A stretch of DNA of 64,000 nt from Gorillibacterium sp. sgz500922 (GTDB lineage Bacteria; Bacillota; Bacilli; Paenibacillales; NBRC-103111): assembly GCF_051594785.1 (NCBI RefSeq), contig NZ_JBPPGI010000006.1, forward strand, positions 90,827 to 154,826, written 5' to 3'. Of the stretch, positions 18,966-29,718 are shown one piece after another. The first letter of the stretch is position 1, and every line of letters begins with the position of its first letter. The notes beneath the pieces are model-generated. The model did no database searches, was not told the DNA's origin, and was given only the letters and a program-made list of their open reading frames with translations. The translations under genes were made by a program, and so were the position numbers.

Positions 18966-18995
18966 TTGACAGCCTTCGGCCAAATCGGGTATAGT
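18966..18995 (+). promoter_or_regulatory. Sigma-A-type promoter: TTGACA, 18-nt spacer, TATAGT
   Basis: A near-consensus -35/-10 pair read directly from the sequence; about 145 nt upstream of the ATG at 19141. Confidence 0.5.
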
Positions 18996-19022
18996 CGCAT
19001 CAAACGAGCGACTCTTACCGGA

Positions 19023-19074
19023 AGCACCCGTAAGAAAAGGCGAAATTCCGCCCTTTCCGACGGGTGCTTTTTCG
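19023..19074 (+). terminator. Intrinsic terminator about 25 nt downstream of the predicted TSS (small RNA or attenuator leader)
   Basis: AGCACCCGT...(inner AAAGGCG/CGCCCTTT stem)...ACGGGTGCTTTTT. Confidence 0.5.
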
Positions 19075-19140
19075 CTTGGCGCGCCTCCTCCGGACGGCCC
19101 GCTTCGTTGATCCCGCTCTCATCCGGAAAGGAGAATTCGC

Positions 19141-19953
19141 ATGAAACGTTCCTTATGGATCACCCCGCTTCTCATCCTGCTGCTGGCGGTCGGCTATCCC
19201 CTGTCCGCGTCGGCCGATGCCGATTGGACGCCCACGGTCCAGACGGCATTCGACAAGCTCACGGCCGGGAGCGACTCCCTTGCCGCCGGCCGCCTGAAGA
19301 CGCGCTATCAGGAATTCGTCCGGGAACGGGACCGGGAGAAATCGGCCGATGCCGATATCAAGGCGGTCCGTTACCGCGCCGACGAGCTCCGAATCGCCGT
19401 GAACAAGCGGATGAAGGAGCGCGACGCGGCCAAGCTGGCCGCCCTGGACAAGCAGCTCGCGGAGCTGAAGACGAAGCGCCAGCCGCTGTTCGACGCCTAT
19501 ACGCGCCTGAATCAGCAGCTTTCCCTCGCCCGCTCGCTGAAGAGCAAGCCCGCCATTGCCGTGGCGAAGGCCCAGGCGGATGCGCTGAAGATTCCGGCTC
19601 AGCTCGCCCGGGAGGAAATCCGCCGTAAGGAGGCGGAGGTCAAGAAGGCGAAGGACGAGCGGACGGCTCACCTGAAGAAGGTGCGCGCCGTCCTCGCGGA
19701 GAACGATTCGCTTGCGCTTAAGCTGAAGGCGGAGCGCAGCGCGGCAACGGCGGCGGGGAAGATCGTCACCGCCGAGAACAAGGTGTTTTCCGCCGCGGTG
19801 CGCAAAGCCGATGCGGCCGGCGCTTTGGCCTCCCTGACCCGGCTCGCGTCCGGCGAGCGCGATGCCGCCGCGGCCAAGCTCCGCGTCCTGGAGCTGGAGC
19901 GGAAATCGCTCGCCGTGGTGGAGCGGGCCGCCGCTCTGCTTCCGGCCCAGTAG
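19141..19953 (+). CDS. Secreted Ala/Lys-rich coiled-coil protein (hypothetical)
   Basis: Signal peptide MKRSLWITPLLILLLAVGYPLSASA; RBS AAAGGAGAA; heptad-like repeats. Confidence 0.6.
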   Translation: MKRSLWITPLLILLLAVGYPLSASADADWTPTVQTAFDKLTAGSDSLAAGRLKTRYQEFVRERDREKSADADIKAVRYRADELRIAVNKRMKERDAAKLAALDKQLAELKTKRQPLFDAYTRLNQQLSLARSLKSKPAIAVAKAQADALKIPAQLAREEIRRKEAEVKKAKDERTAHLKKVRAVLAENDSLALKLKAERSAATAAGKIVTAENKVFSAAVRKADAAGALASLTRLASGERDAAAAKLRVLELERKSLAVVERAAALLPAQ

Positions 19954-19967
19954 CCGCAGCCCATACC

Positions 19968-20004
19968 AAAGAGGCAGGAACGCGGAGGACGTTCCTGCCT
20001 CTTG
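19968..20004. terminator. Hairpin terminator between convergent genes
   Basis: AAAGAGGCAGGAACG....CGTTCCTGCCTCTTG. Confidence 0.5.
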
Positions 20005-20014
20005 CCGTTACCGG

Positions 20015-22348
20015 TCATTCTCCGGCGATAAGCCGCCGGCTCGCCCATTCGTCGTCCCGGTAGGGCATCAATTCGCCCTCGATCAGGCGGTAAGGAAGCC
20101 GGAAGCGGAATTCGGTGCCTCCGCCCTCCGGGCTGGAGGCATCGATGTCGCCTCCCATGAGCTGCACCAATTGCCGGCAGATGGCGAGGCCCAGCCCCGT
20201 GCCGCCGTACTTGCGATTGATGGCCGGGTGGAGCTGGGAGAAGGATTGAAACAACAGCCCCTTCTTGCCCTCGGGGATGCCGATGCCCGTATCGCGCACG
20301 TAGAATTCCAACAGATAATCGAGCCCGTTCGGGCAGTCCTTGAGGCAGACCCCGACCCGAACGCCCCCCCGTTCGGTGAACTTGACCGCGTTGCTGACGA
20401 GGTTGACGAGGACCTGCCGCAGCTTGCTCTCATCCCCGTACAGCGCCTGGGGCAGAACCTCGTCCAGCTCGAGCCCGAGCTCCAGCCGCTTCTCCACGGC
20501 GCGGCCGCGAAACAGCTCCATCACGTTTTCGATCAGCTCGCGCGGATCGAACAGCTCGCAGCCGAGCGTCATTTTTCCGGCTTCCATCTTGCTGAAATCG
20601 AGAATGTCGTTCAGGATGCGCAGGAGCGCATCGGCGCTCTGCTCGATAATCTGCGCGTAGGAGCGCTGCTCCTCCGTCAGCTCGGTCTCCAGCAGCAGGC
20701 TGTTCATGCCGATGATGCCGTTCATCGGCGTCCGGATCTCATGGCTCATGATGGCGATGAACTCGGACTTCGCCCGGCCCGCCCGCTCGGCCGATTCCAT
20801 CGCCCGGTAAATCTCCAGCTCGCCGGTTATGTCGCGGAACACGACGACGGCGCCCTTGCGCTTGCCGTTGTCGATAATCGGCGTCGCCTGGTACTCGGCG
20901 ATGAAGCTGGACCCGTCCCGCTTCCAGAGGATGACCTCCTGGCGCTTCGGGTACTCGCCGCCGACGATCGCCCGGTACAGCGGGGAATTCGGCTCCCCGT
21001 ACGGAGTGCCTCCGCCCTGGTGTATGAACGACAGGTCCGGCTGCGAGATGACGCCGTCCGCCCGGATGCCGAGCATAGCCGCCCCCGCCGGGTTGAGGAA
21101 GGTGATTTTGCCTTCCAAATCGACGCCGAAGATTCCCTCCGACACGGTATTCAGAATCAGCGTATAATCGTAGCTCAACTGCTCGATCTCCTCCATGTAC
21201 CGCTTGGTGGCGGACACATCCCGGGCGATGGCGTTGATCTCCAGCGGCTTGCCGTCCTCTCCGTACACCACCCGGCTGGAGGTTTCCAGCCATAGGTATT
21301 CGCCGTCCTTGCGGCGGTAGCGGTACATGATCGAGGCGGAGCCCTTATGGCCGATCAGTTGGTCCTTGAGGCTGCCCTGAACCCGGGGAAGGTCGTCGGG
21401 ATGGACCAGCGACAGCGAAGAAACCCCGATCAGCTCTTCCGGTCGGTAGCCGAGCAGCGGCAGGCTGGCGGGAGAGGCGTAGAGGAAGGCCGCCCCGGGC
21501 TCCAGGCTGTGCCGGGAGATGAGATCCTGGGCTTGCTCCGAGAGAAGCCGGTAATTCCGCTCGCTCTCGCGCAGCTGCTCCTCCATGGCGATGCGGTCGG
21601 AGATGTCGCGGCCGATGGCCAGCACCCGCTCGATTTTCCCCGACTTGTCCCTCAGGAGGTGCGTGGTCGTTTCCAACCAGCTGTACCGGCCGTCCTTGTG
21701 CCGGACGCGGCGCAGCATGGTGATCCCGCTCTCTTCCCCGGGCGGCTTGCCGCCCGGCAGCCGGTCGTCGGGATGATAGAAGTCTTCCCGGTTGCGGCCG
21801 ATCATCTCGTCCGGCGCGTGGCCGAGCATTTTCTTGACCGAGGGCGAGACGAATTCGAGTACCCCGTCCACCGAGCTCACGGAGATCAGGTAGGGCGAGC
21901 TGCCGCTGTCCATAAACAGACCGAGGAACGCTTCGCGGCGGCGGCGCTCCCGCAGGAGCCGTCTCTCGGCGGGCACCTCCTGGGCTTGCACGAGCAGCTC
22001 CTCTTCCTCCGGCTCCGGGGCGCGGTGAAGCGTGAGAACGAGCGACAAGCGGACCGGCTCGCCGCCCGCCCGGAGCAGTTTCAATTCCAGCCGCCGGGAA
22101 GGCTGCTCCTGCGAACGGAGCTCCCGGACGAGAGTCTCCAGCTCTCCCCGGCCGCGATCCTCTTCCGCGAGCAGGTCATTCCAGCGACGGCTCAGCAGGT
22201 CGCCCTCCGTATAATCCAAAAGCCGGCAAAAGGCGGGGCTCAGGCGGCTCCAGCCACCGCTCTTTACCGACAGGACCGCCATGGCGAGCAGCCCGTGCTG
22301 AAAAAGTTGGTCTATCATCCAAGTATCCGCCTGTTGCCGATTTGGCAC
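20015..22348 (-). CDS. Multi-PAS sensor histidine kinase (PAS/PAC repeats, HisKA, HATPase_c)
   Basis: PAS-box repeats, H-box ([15 protein letters not shown]) and a G-box region. The start is set at an in-frame GTG after GGAGGGGAG; the upstream ~43 ORF codons are AT-rich promoter DNA containing TATACT. Confidence 0.65.
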   Translation of the reverse strand: MPNRQQADTWMIDQLFQHGLLAMAVLSVKSGGWSRLSPAFCRLLDYTEGDLLSRRWNDLLAEEDRGRGELETLVRELRSQEQPSRRLELKLLRAGGEPVRLSLVLTLHRAPEPEEEELLVQAQEVPAERRLLRERRRREAFLGLFMDSGSSPYLISVSSVDGVLEFVSPSVKKMLGHAPDEMIGRNREDFYHPDDRLPGGKPPGEESGITMLRRVRHKDGRYSWLETTTHLLRDKSGKIERVLAIGRDISDRIAMEEQLRESERNYRLLSEQAQDLISRHSLEPGAAFLYASPASLPLLGYRPEELIGVSSLSLVHPDDLPRVQGSLKDQLIGHKGSASIMYRYRRKDGEYLWLETSSRVVYGEDGKPLEINAIARDVSATKRYMEEIEQLSYDYTLILNTVSEGIFGVDLEGKITFLNPAGAAMLGIRADGVISQPDLSFIHQGGGTPYGEPNSPLYRAIVGGEYPKRQEVILWKRDGSSFIAEYQATPIIDNGKRKGAVVVFRDITGELEIYRAMESAERAGRAKSEFIAIMSHEIRTPMNGIIGMNSLLLETELTEEQRSYAQIIEQSADALLRILNDILDFSKMEAGKMTLGCELFDPRELIENVMELFRGRAVEKRLELGLELDEVLPQALYGDESKLRQVLVNLVSNAVKFTERGGVRVGVCLKDCPNGLDYLLEFYVRDTGIGIPEGKKGLLFQSFSQLHPAINRKYGGTGLGLAICRQLVQLMGGDIDASSPEGGGTEFRFRLPYRLIEGELMPYRDDEWASRRLIAGE

Positions 22349-22521
22349 CTGATGCTCCCCTCCGCTATGCGATTTATCACTAGTATACGATATTTCTCGG
22401 CGCGATTCGTACGATTTTTTCAGTCTATCGGAAAATTTGTCAGATTCTTCAGTGCCATCGGCGATGAAGAGATTCACTCCGGAGAAAAACCGGTGGAGTG
22501 CGGTCCCTCCCCCTCTGCGAA

Positions 22522-22556
22522 CCTAAAAAAACGCATCCGCCGGCGGGTCCCGGCGA
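22522..22556 (-). terminator. Rho-independent terminator after the HD-GYP gene
   Basis: CGCCGGGACCCGCCGGCG hairpin followed by T7 on the minus strand. Confidence 0.6.
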
Positions 22557-22594
22557 ACGCGTGCGGCAGTTGCCCGTTGGAAGGCGACTCCTCA

Positions 22595-23617
22595 TCAGAT
22601 GGCCATCTTGACGATCTTGGTCTGGTGATAGGGACCGAGTTCCCGGTACTGGTCCTCCACCTTGACCACGGGAGAGAGAATCCGGTAAGGCGGTACATAG
22701 ACGATCCGGCCTTCCTCCCCGGTGTTCAAGTGGACCTTGCTGCCGGTATAGCAGGGGGGCATGCGGACGAGGAAGGTGCTGAGCACATACGGATCGAATT
22801 GGGTCATCCCGCTGGAAGAGAACATTTCAAAGGCCTCGAAGGGATTCACGCCTTTTTTGTAAATCCGATCGGTCGTCATGGAATCGAACACATCGGCAAC
22901 CGCAACGATCCGGGCCAGAATGCCGACTTCGTTCAGGGGGGTCTGCGTCGGGTACCCCTTGCCGTCCAGCCGTTCGTGGTGGAGCAGGGCCGCGGCCCGG
23001 ACCTCCGGAGACAGATCGGGGATCTGGGCCAGCAGGTTGTAGCCGAGCAGGGGATGCTGCTTCATCATGGCGAATTCCCGGTCGGTCAGCCGTCCCGGCT
23101 TGTTGAGAATCGAATCGGGGATCAGCAGCTTGCCGACATCGTGCAGGAGCCCCGCCTGAACCGCCTTGCGGATATCCTCCCGCGCCAGGCCCAGCCAGTT
23201 GGCGATAATCAGGCTGTAGAACGCGACATTCACGCTGTGCGAGTACGTGTATTCGTCCTTCGACCGAACCTCGGAGAGGCATTCTGCGATCCGCGAAGGC
23301 TGATCGAGATACGGCACCAAGCGGTCGGCGATCTGTTCGACCTCCCCGGCATTCATTCGCTCTCCTGCGATCAGCCGCTTGGAGATTTCGTTGATCCTGC
23401 CGATCCCCTTCACATAATCCTGCATCAGGGAAGCCCGGGTATTGGCCTGCCGGAGAACCGGAACCTCTTCGATGCCGTGCTCCGCGAGCCTCCGCTTGAT
23501 ATAATCGTTCATCGAGCTGTTGCGGGTAATGAGGAGAACACCGTTCGGCAAAAAAACATCCTGAGCCAGGATATCTTCTTCCCGGCATTCATTTACTGCT
23601 ACTTTTCTTCCTTTCAT
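22595..23617 (-). CDS. HD-GYP domain protein (c-di-GMP phosphodiesterase class)
   Basis: HD...HHERLDGKGYP signature. The start at MKGRKVAV follows AAAGGTGAT; the longer track ORF adds 49 codons with no RBS. Confidence 0.75.
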   Translation of the reverse strand: MKGRKVAVNECREEDILAQDVFLPNGVLLITRNSSMNDYIKRRLAEHGIEEVPVLRQANTRASLMQDYVKGIGRINEISKRLIAGERMNAGEVEQIADRLVPYLDQPSRIAECLSEVRSKDEYTYSHSVNVAFYSLIIANWLGLAREDIRKAVQAGLLHDVGKLLIPDSILNKPGRLTDREFAMMKQHPLLGYNLLAQIPDLSPEVRAAALLHHERLDGKGYPTQTPLNEVGILARIVAVADVFDSMTTDRIYKKGVNPFEAFEMFSSSGMTQFDPYVLSTFLVRMPPCYTGSKVHLNTGEEGRIVYVPPYRILSPVVKVEDQYRELGPYHQTKIVKMAI

Positions 23618-23891
23618 TTCATCACCTTTGCGTCCCGTCCACGCATGCCGATCCGCCTGATACGCGGAAACCCGCGTATTCGATGTTGTAAACCCGTACG
23701 GTCTTTGAATTGGAATTTGTACTGCTGTACCTAAGAGCATAAAAGAAATGCCATTATTCGTCAATAATTGTATGTTAATGTCGAAATGAGGCCAATAATC
23801 ATTGCGCTTTCATGAAACGGGAAACAGGCCCGGCGGTTTTACGGGCCTATTCTCCCTATCGGTCGTTTGGCAGCGAAAATGAAGCGTGCCG

Positions 23892-25103
23892 TCAGGGCCG
23901 CCGGTCAACGGCCAGCCAAGGCCGGCTGCCGGTCCGCCGCGGCGGCGAAGCCTTGCGGACGCCGCGTTTGGCGGCAGCGGCTCGGCTTGCCCCGAAAGCG
24001 GTTCGGCTTGCCCCGGCGGCCTTTGTCGCCTTGAGCGCTTCGGCCGCATTGATCCGCCCGTATTTCCAGTACGTGCCGGTCCCGGAAATCCGGTCGGCCG
24101 TGTTCTGCAGCCGCGCGCGGATCGCCGTCCCCGACAGCCCCCGGGAAGCGAGCAGCCCCGCTACCCCGCTCGCAAACGGGGCGGCCATGGACGTACCGCT
24201 GAGCGTCTGGTAGGTGCTTGGCGTGTACGTCGACAGAATGTTCGAGCCGGGCGCCGCAACGCTGACCCAAGAGCCGTAATTGGAATAGCTTGCCTTCTTC
24301 CCTCCTTGGTCCAAGGCGGCCACGGCGATGACCTGGGAAAAGGCGGCGGGGTAGCAGCGGGTTTTGTTGCCGTCGTTGCCCGCCGCGCCGATCAGCACCG
24401 CCCCTTTGCGGCGGGCATAAGCGACGGCGTCCGCCTCCAGCTTCGAGCGCTCGGAGCCGGTAAAGCTCATGTTGATGACGTGCGCGCCCCGATCGGCGGC
24501 GTATTGGATGCCCCGGACCACCTGATGGATGGTGCCGCCGCCCGCCGCGTCCAGCACCTTGACCGGCAGGATGCGGCAATTCGGAGCCGTCCCGGCAATG
24601 CCGATGCCATTGTTGGTCGCCGCCGCCGCAATTCCTGCCACATGGGTGCCGTGCCCGTTGTCATCGTTCGTATTCGTATTATTGCCGACGAAGTTATAGC
24701 CCGCGATGAGCTTGGATTTCAAATCCGGGTGGCTCGCCTGAACGCCGGTATCCACGACGGCGATGATGATCTTTTTTTTTCCGGTTGACCGTTTCCAGGC
24801 CCCCGGCGCCTGGATGTCCCGCAGGCCGTATTGCTGGCTGTAGAGCGGATCGTTCGGATAGGCTGCGGCTCGCCTGGCGTAGTTCGGTTCGACGTATTCG
24901 ACGCCGGCCTGCTTCTTGTACCGGCTCATCGCCTGCTTCAAACTGCCCTTAACTTCGATGACATCATAGCCCAACTTGTTGTTGCACGAGACGAGCCGGT
25001 CGCCGTGCTTGTGGCAGGCGGACGCGACCGACGTACGCGAGAAGCCGCGCTGGTATTTCACGATGAGGTGATTCGGGGCTTGGCCCATCGGCTTTTCCTT
25101 CAT
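23892..25103 (-). CDS. S8 family subtilisin-like serine peptidase with an N-terminal I9 propeptide
   Basis: Catalytic triad motifs VVDTGV (Asp), HGTHVAG (His) and GTSMAAP (Ser). Confidence 0.8.
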   Translation of the reverse strand: MKEKPMGQAPNHLIVKYQRGFSRTSVASACHKHGDRLVSCNNKLGYDVIEVKGSLKQAMSRYKKQAGVEYVEPNYARRAAAYPNDPLYSQQYGLRDIQAPGAWKRSTGKKKIIIAVVDTGVQASHPDLKSKLIAGYNFVGNNTNTNDDNGHGTHVAGIAAAATNNGIGIAGTAPNCRILPVKVLDAAGGGTIHQVVRGIQYAADRGAHVINMSFTGSERSKLEADAVAYARRKGAVLIGAAGNDGNKTRCYPAAFSQVIAVAALDQGGKKASYSNYGSWVSVAAPGSNILSTYTPSTYQTLSGTSMAAPFASGVAGLLASRGLSGTAIRARLQNTADRISGTGTYWKYGRINAAEALKATKAAGASRTAFGASRAAAAKRGVRKASPPRRTGSRPWLAVDRRP

Positions 25104-25227
25104 GGCTGGGGACTCTCCTCCTCGTCCTCTGCGGACAGACGATTAAGCGTTCCCTGCATCCTATGAGGAAGCCGCACCGAGGGCGAGGGCGGCTGAACTG
25201 TGCAACGCCTGATTTCGCGGATTTCCG

Positions 25228-25286
25228 CACAAAGGCAAACAGCCTCCAAACCGTCCGCTTCGCGCGGGATTCGGCTTGGAGGCTGT
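25228..25286 (-). terminator. Putative terminator after the isomerase gene
   Basis: CAGCCTCCAA...TTGGAGGCTG stem with a TTTGCCTTTG tail on the minus strand; the loop is long. Confidence 0.4.
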
Positions 25287-25302
25287 ACCGACGAACCGGG
25301 AC

Positions 25303-26070
25303 TTACAGCACGTCGTTGTTGCGGAAGAAGTCGAGGCAGCGTTCGACGCTCTTGATCGAGCTGTCGGCAAAGCCCTCCTGCTCGACGATGTAATACCGAA
25401 CGCCCGCTTCTTGCGCTGCGTCCAGCGCGCTCTTCAGGTCGACTTCTCCCTTGCCCACCTCGGCGTCGCTCGCATTCGGGCCAAAATCCTTGAAGTGCGC
25501 GAGCGGAATCCGGCCGGCGTAGCGCTTCACGTAATCGGCCGGCACCTGCCCGCCGACGTGAACCCAGCCGAGGTCGAATTCGGCCGCGAGGTATTCGGCG
25601 GGAACCAGCTCCAGCAGATGGTCCATGACCGTCTTGCCCTCCACCAACTTAAATTCGAAGGCATGGTTGTGGTAGCCGTATTTCAATCCCGCCGCCGTCA
25701 CCTGCCGGCCGGCCGCTTCCAGGATCGCCGCCAGCTCGCGAATGTCGGCGAGGGTCGGTTCTTCCGGCAGCGGAGCCCAAGGGGTAATGATGTATTCCAG
25801 CCCAAGCTCCTTCGCGTATTCGATTTCCTTGGCCAGATTGGCCGAAAGGTTGTCGGGGTCGTCGAAGGTCAGCCCGATATGGGCAGAAGGCGCTTTCAAA
25901 TTAAGCTCATCCAGCAGCGCCTTCAGCTCCCCCGCCGCCATTCCGAAATACCCGGCAAATTCCACCGCTTGATAACCCAGCTCCGCCACCTTGCGCAGCG
26001 TCCCGGGAAAGTCGTTCTCGGTCATATCGCGCAGCGAATACATCTGCAAGCCCACGATCGGCTTCGTCAT
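25303..26070 (-). CDS. Sugar phosphate isomerase/epimerase (xylose isomerase-like TIM barrel)
   Basis: The start at MTKPIVGLQMYSL follows GGTGGAAG; the track's long N-terminal extension is low-complexity with no RBS. Confidence 0.7.
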   Translation of the reverse strand: MTKPIVGLQMYSLRDMTENDFPGTLRKVAELGYQAVEFAGYFGMAAGELKALLDELNLKAPSAHIGLTFDDPDNLSANLAKEIEYAKELGLEYIITPWAPLPEEPTLADIRELAAILEAAGRQVTAAGLKYGYHNHAFEFKLVEGKTVMDHLLELVPAEYLAAEFDLGWVHVGGQVPADYVKRYAGRIPLAHFKDFGPNASDAEVGKGEVDLKSALDAAQEAGVRYYIVEQEGFADSSIKSVERCLDFFRNNDVL

Positions 26071-26299
26071 CGCTTCCACCATCCTTCGGATTATTGCTTT
26101 TTGGTCTCTTCTCTTCTGATTATACCCGGAGGAGGGAGAAATACTATTTCGGCTTTTGGGACTTTCTTTTGTGATTTTGGCATTCGCGCCTGCGATGTCG
26201 GAACGCGGAGGGACGATTTTGCTTTGGCCGCCAAACCGGCTATGATAAAAAGAAAAACCGCCGACGGCTCGCGCCTCGGCGGCAAAGGAGAATCGCCCC

Positions 26300-26758
26300 A
26301 TGAATCCGACGTTGTCTCCGCTTGTCGATCTGCTTAAACTGAAGCCCCATCCGGAAGGAGGCTGGTATCGGGAGTGCTGGCGCACCCGGCAGGAAATTCC
26401 GCACGGGGCGCTCGGCCGCCCTTATACCGGCCCGCGATCCGCCGCCACGGGCGTCCATTTCCTGCTTCATCCCGGCGAGAGGTCCGACTGGCACCTGGTG
26501 CTGTCGGACGAGCTGTGGATCTGGCAGTCGGGCAGCCCCATCGCCGTCACGCTGGGCGGAACCGGCGAACGTCCCGTTGCGGGCGAGACGATGCTGCTCG
26601 GGATGGACGTGGCCGGCGGACAGCAGCCCGCCGCACTTGTTCCCGGCGGCGTCTGGCAGATGGCCGGACCCGTCGGGGAAGAGCCCGCCTTCGCCACCTG
26701 CATCGTCTCTCCGGGCTTCGACTTCGCCGATTTCAAGCTGGAGCCGACGGAGGACTGA
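26300..26758 (+). CDS. Cupin-fold protein of the DUF985/cupin_5 family
   Basis: RBS AAAGGAGAA; (K/L)KPHPEGGWYRE...W....G signature of the YML079-like cupins. Confidence 0.65.
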   Translation: MNPTLSPLVDLLKLKPHPEGGWYRECWRTRQEIPHGALGRPYTGPRSAATGVHFLLHPGERSDWHLVLSDELWIWQSGSPIAVTLGGTGERPVAGETMLLGMDVAGGQQPAALVPGGVWQMAGPVGEEPAFATCIVSPGFDFADFKLEPTED

Positions 26759-26798
26759 CCGAAACGCACGTTCAATCCAAGCGCCGTCCGCCTTCCGG

Positions 26799-27317
26799 TT
26801 ATTCCGAGTCGAGGTGGCTGTGCAGCTTGCTTTCCACGGCATATTCGAAGTCCTCGATGTCAACGACGACTACCGGGATGCCCTGCTCCAGAATGCGGTC
26901 GACCAGCTCGAACTGGTCGGTCAGGAGCAGGGCTTTTTCCCGTGCGGCGGCCAGCATCAGCTCGGTGTCGATCTCATTGAATTCTTCGCCGTATTCGGCA
27001 TCCTCGACTGTGTTGATGACGGAGACGGTCACCTTTTCTGCGAGCGGCAGCGCGGCCGTTTTCCGCCACGGGACGAGCAGGGCGTTTTGAATCTGCTTAG
27101 CGAAGAACGGAAGCTCGAAGAATTCGATCAGCCGCTTGATCGTGTTGCGCAGCTCCTCGGGATCGAGGTCGGCGACGATCGGCTCCGGGTCCTCCAGGTA
27201 TTCATACAAGTCGGCGATCGTCGAGGACGGAACGAGGAACTCGACCGGCTCCTCGGGAACCAGCAGATTTCCATAGACGGCCAGCATGACGGCTTCGGTA
27301 ACAAAACGGATTGGCAT
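26799..27317 (-). CDS. Acidic hypothetical protein
   Basis: A clean ORF downstream of, and co-directional with, the hybrid kinase gene; no domain recognised. Confidence 0.45.
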   Translation of the reverse strand: MPIRFVTEAVMLAVYGNLLVPEEPVEFLVPSSTIADLYEYLEDPEPIVADLDPEELRNTIKRLIEFFELPFFAKQIQNALLVPWRKTAALPLAEKVTVSVINTVEDAEYGEEFNEIDTELMLAAAREKALLLTDQFELVDRILEQGIPVVVVDIEDFEYAVESKLHSHLDSE

Positions 27318-27377
27318 AACGAATCGATTCCTTTTTTTGCTTTCATCCTAACACTTCGGACGGAAAGAGCGCAAACT

Positions 27378-29657
27378 TCACTCTCCGAAATACTGCCGCA
27401 TGACGTCCCGGACGGCCTTGGCATGGACGGGCTTGCTGATGTAATCGTCCATTCCGGCCTCGAGGCATTTTTCCCGGTCGCCCTTCAGGGCGTTGGCCGT
27501 CACGGCCACGATCACCGGCTGCTTCTCCCTAGGCAGTCGCTCGCGGAGGACCCGGGTGGCCTCCAGCCCGTTCAGCCCCGGCATCATAACGTCCATGAAG
27601 ATCATGTCGTAGGGCTGGCGCATCGCCTTGGCGACCGCCTCCTCCCCGTTCTCCGCCAGCTCGGTTTCGCAGAGCTGATTCTGGAGAATCTTCTTCAGCA
27701 CGATCTGGTTGATCCGGTTGTCCTCGGCAATCAGAATTCTCAGCGGGCGGGTCAAGGCAGCGCGGTCCGACTTGCTGTCGAGAGCCGCCTCCGGCTCGGG
27801 AACCGCAGGGAGGCCCAGGTTTACCGTGAACACGAAAGCCGCTCCTTCCGTATAGGTTTCGTCCAACCAAATCTCGCCGCCCATCAGCCGAACCAGCTTG
27901 CGGCTGATCGCCAGTCCCAGGCCGGTGCCCAGGGGGCCGTTCGGGTCGACCTGATAGAACGGCTCGAAGAGCTGCCCGCGTTTCTCCGCCGGTATGCCGA
28001 TTCCCGTATCCTTGACGGCAAATTGCAGCACGGTTCGGTCCCCCTCGGCCTCCAGCTTCTTCGCGAAGATGGCAATGCCTCCTTGCTTGGTAAACTTGAC
28101 CGCATTGCCGATCAGGTTGATCAGCACCTGCTTGAGGCGAACCGGATCGCCGATGGCCTGCTGCGGCAGGTCCGGGCTTAAGTTCAGTGAGACCTCCAGC
28201 CTTTTCTCATGGGCGGAAGGGGACAGGAGATCCACCGCCTCCAGAAGGCAGCTTCTCGGCTCGAACAGCTCCGTCGCCAGCTCGGTTTTGCCGGAATCGA
28301 TCTTGGAGAAATCCAGGATGTCGTTGATGATGGACAACAGCGTTTCCCCGCTCTTGCGGATGATGCCGAGGTATTCCCGCTGCTCTTCGTCCACCTCGGT
28401 CGTTTCCAGCAGCAGATCAGTCATTCCGATCACCCCGTTCATCGGCGTGCGGATTTCGTGGCTCATCATGGCGAGGAATTCATTCTTGGCGCGGTTGGTC
28501 GATTCGGCCGCTTCTTTGGCGATGAGCAGTTTTTTCTCCTCGGTCATGTCCTTGGCAATCACGTAGCACCCGACGCTTTGGCCGCGGATAATGATGGGGG
28601 CGATCGTCGCCAGCACCTCGGCCGAATGGCCGTCCCGGTGGTAAATCCGCTCGATCAGCTTACCCGAGCGAACCTCGTTTTCCTGCTCGTACAGCAGCTC
28701 CCGGATGTTCTCTTTTCCGCAATAGCGGGAAAAGCTCGTCCCCCGCATCTCGGCGGCCGTATAGCCGGTCAGGATCTCCGCCACCCGGTTCGTGTTGATC
28801 ACATTGCCCTGCAGGTCTATGGAAATGACCGCGTCGTGATTGTATTTTTTGAGCGAGGTATAGCGCTCGACGGATTCCTCGAGCTTGCCCAGCACCTGCT
28901 TGATGTCGGTTACATCCTGAATGATGCCGCTCAGGGCGGTGGTTCGGCCGAATCGGTCGATATGGGGTACCCCCCGAATGCTCCAGTGGGCTTCCGACCC
29001 GTCCAAGCCGCGGGTCCGGTACTCGAAGTGAAGCGGCTGGCCGGTTTTCGCCTTCTGCCAAAGGATGCGAAACGAATCCCGCTCTTCTGCCGGTACCAGG
29101 TCGTCCATGGCGAGCGGCTTTCCGTCGCGCTCGAATTCCCATTTGACTCCATCCTGGTGCAGATGCACCCACGTGACTTTATCCCGATCCACGTCCCATC
29201 GCCAGGTTTCCAGATGGGCCACCCGTTCAGCGTCCGCCAGCATCCGGCAGCTCTCCTCGGTTCGGGCAAGCCGCGTCTTCAGCGCCGCCTCTTCCGTTCG
29301 GTCCTCCGCTTCCAGCAGCCAGACCGGTTCGGACTCTCCGCCTTCGGACGGTTCTCCCCCGCCGATCACGCGTATCGACAGCGTAGCCGGCGTTCCGTCC
29401 GGCTTGTGAAGGAGGCGGATAACCGGTTCGCCGCCCGGGGGCAGCTCGGCCGGCTTCAGTTCCCAAACGTTCGTTGGCTGTTCACTCGAATGAGCCCAAT
29501 CGACCGGCTTCCCGTTCGGCTCCCGGCCCGCCATCCGCCAAAACGCCGGATTGGCCCGCAGCACGACCCCCTGAGCATCCACCGCTGCGATCCCGCAGGA
29601 AAGCGCCGCGAAGGCCGGCTCTACCCATAAGGCATGATCCATCGAAAGCGACGACAT
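27378..29657 (-). CDS. Hybrid sensor histidine kinase with PAS domains and a C-terminal receiver domain
   Basis: Start ATG (MSSLSMDHALW) after GGGTGGGAGG. H-box [16 protein letters not shown], an HATPase domain, and a C-terminal REC (ILIAEDNRINQ...D...). Confidence 0.75.
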   Translation of the reverse strand: MSSLSMDHALWVEPAFAALSCGIAAVDAQGVVLRANPAFWRMAGREPNGKPVDWAHSSEQPTNVWELKPAELPPGGEPVIRLLHKPDGTPATLSIRVIGGGEPSEGGESEPVWLLEAEDRTEEAALKTRLARTEESCRMLADAERVAHLETWRWDVDRDKVTWVHLHQDGVKWEFERDGKPLAMDDLVPAEERDSFRILWQKAKTGQPLHFEYRTRGLDGSEAHWSIRGVPHIDRFGRTTALSGIIQDVTDIKQVLGKLEESVERYTSLKKYNHDAVISIDLQGNVINTNRVAEILTGYTAAEMRGTSFSRYCGKENIRELLYEQENEVRSGKLIERIYHRDGHSAEVLATIAPIIIRGQSVGCYVIAKDMTEEKKLLIAKEAAESTNRAKNEFLAMMSHEIRTPMNGVIGMTDLLLETTEVDEEQREYLGIIRKSGETLLSIINDILDFSKIDSGKTELATELFEPRSCLLEAVDLLSPSAHEKRLEVSLNLSPDLPQQAIGDPVRLKQVLINLIGNAVKFTKQGGIAIFAKKLEAEGDRTVLQFAVKDTGIGIPAEKRGQLFEPFYQVDPNGPLGTGLGLAISRKLVRLMGGEIWLDETYTEGAAFVFTVNLGLPAVPEPEAALDSKSDRAALTRPLRILIAEDNRINQIVLKKILQNQLCETELAENGEEAVAKAMRQPYDMIFMDVMMPGLNGLEATRVLRERLPREKQPVIVAVTANALKGDREKCLEAGMDDYISKPVHAKAVRDVMRQYFGE

Positions 29658-29718
29658 ACCTCCCACCCCCTACTGTTAAACAAATCACCTTATTTTTACC
29701 CGTTCTTCAGCTTCACGA

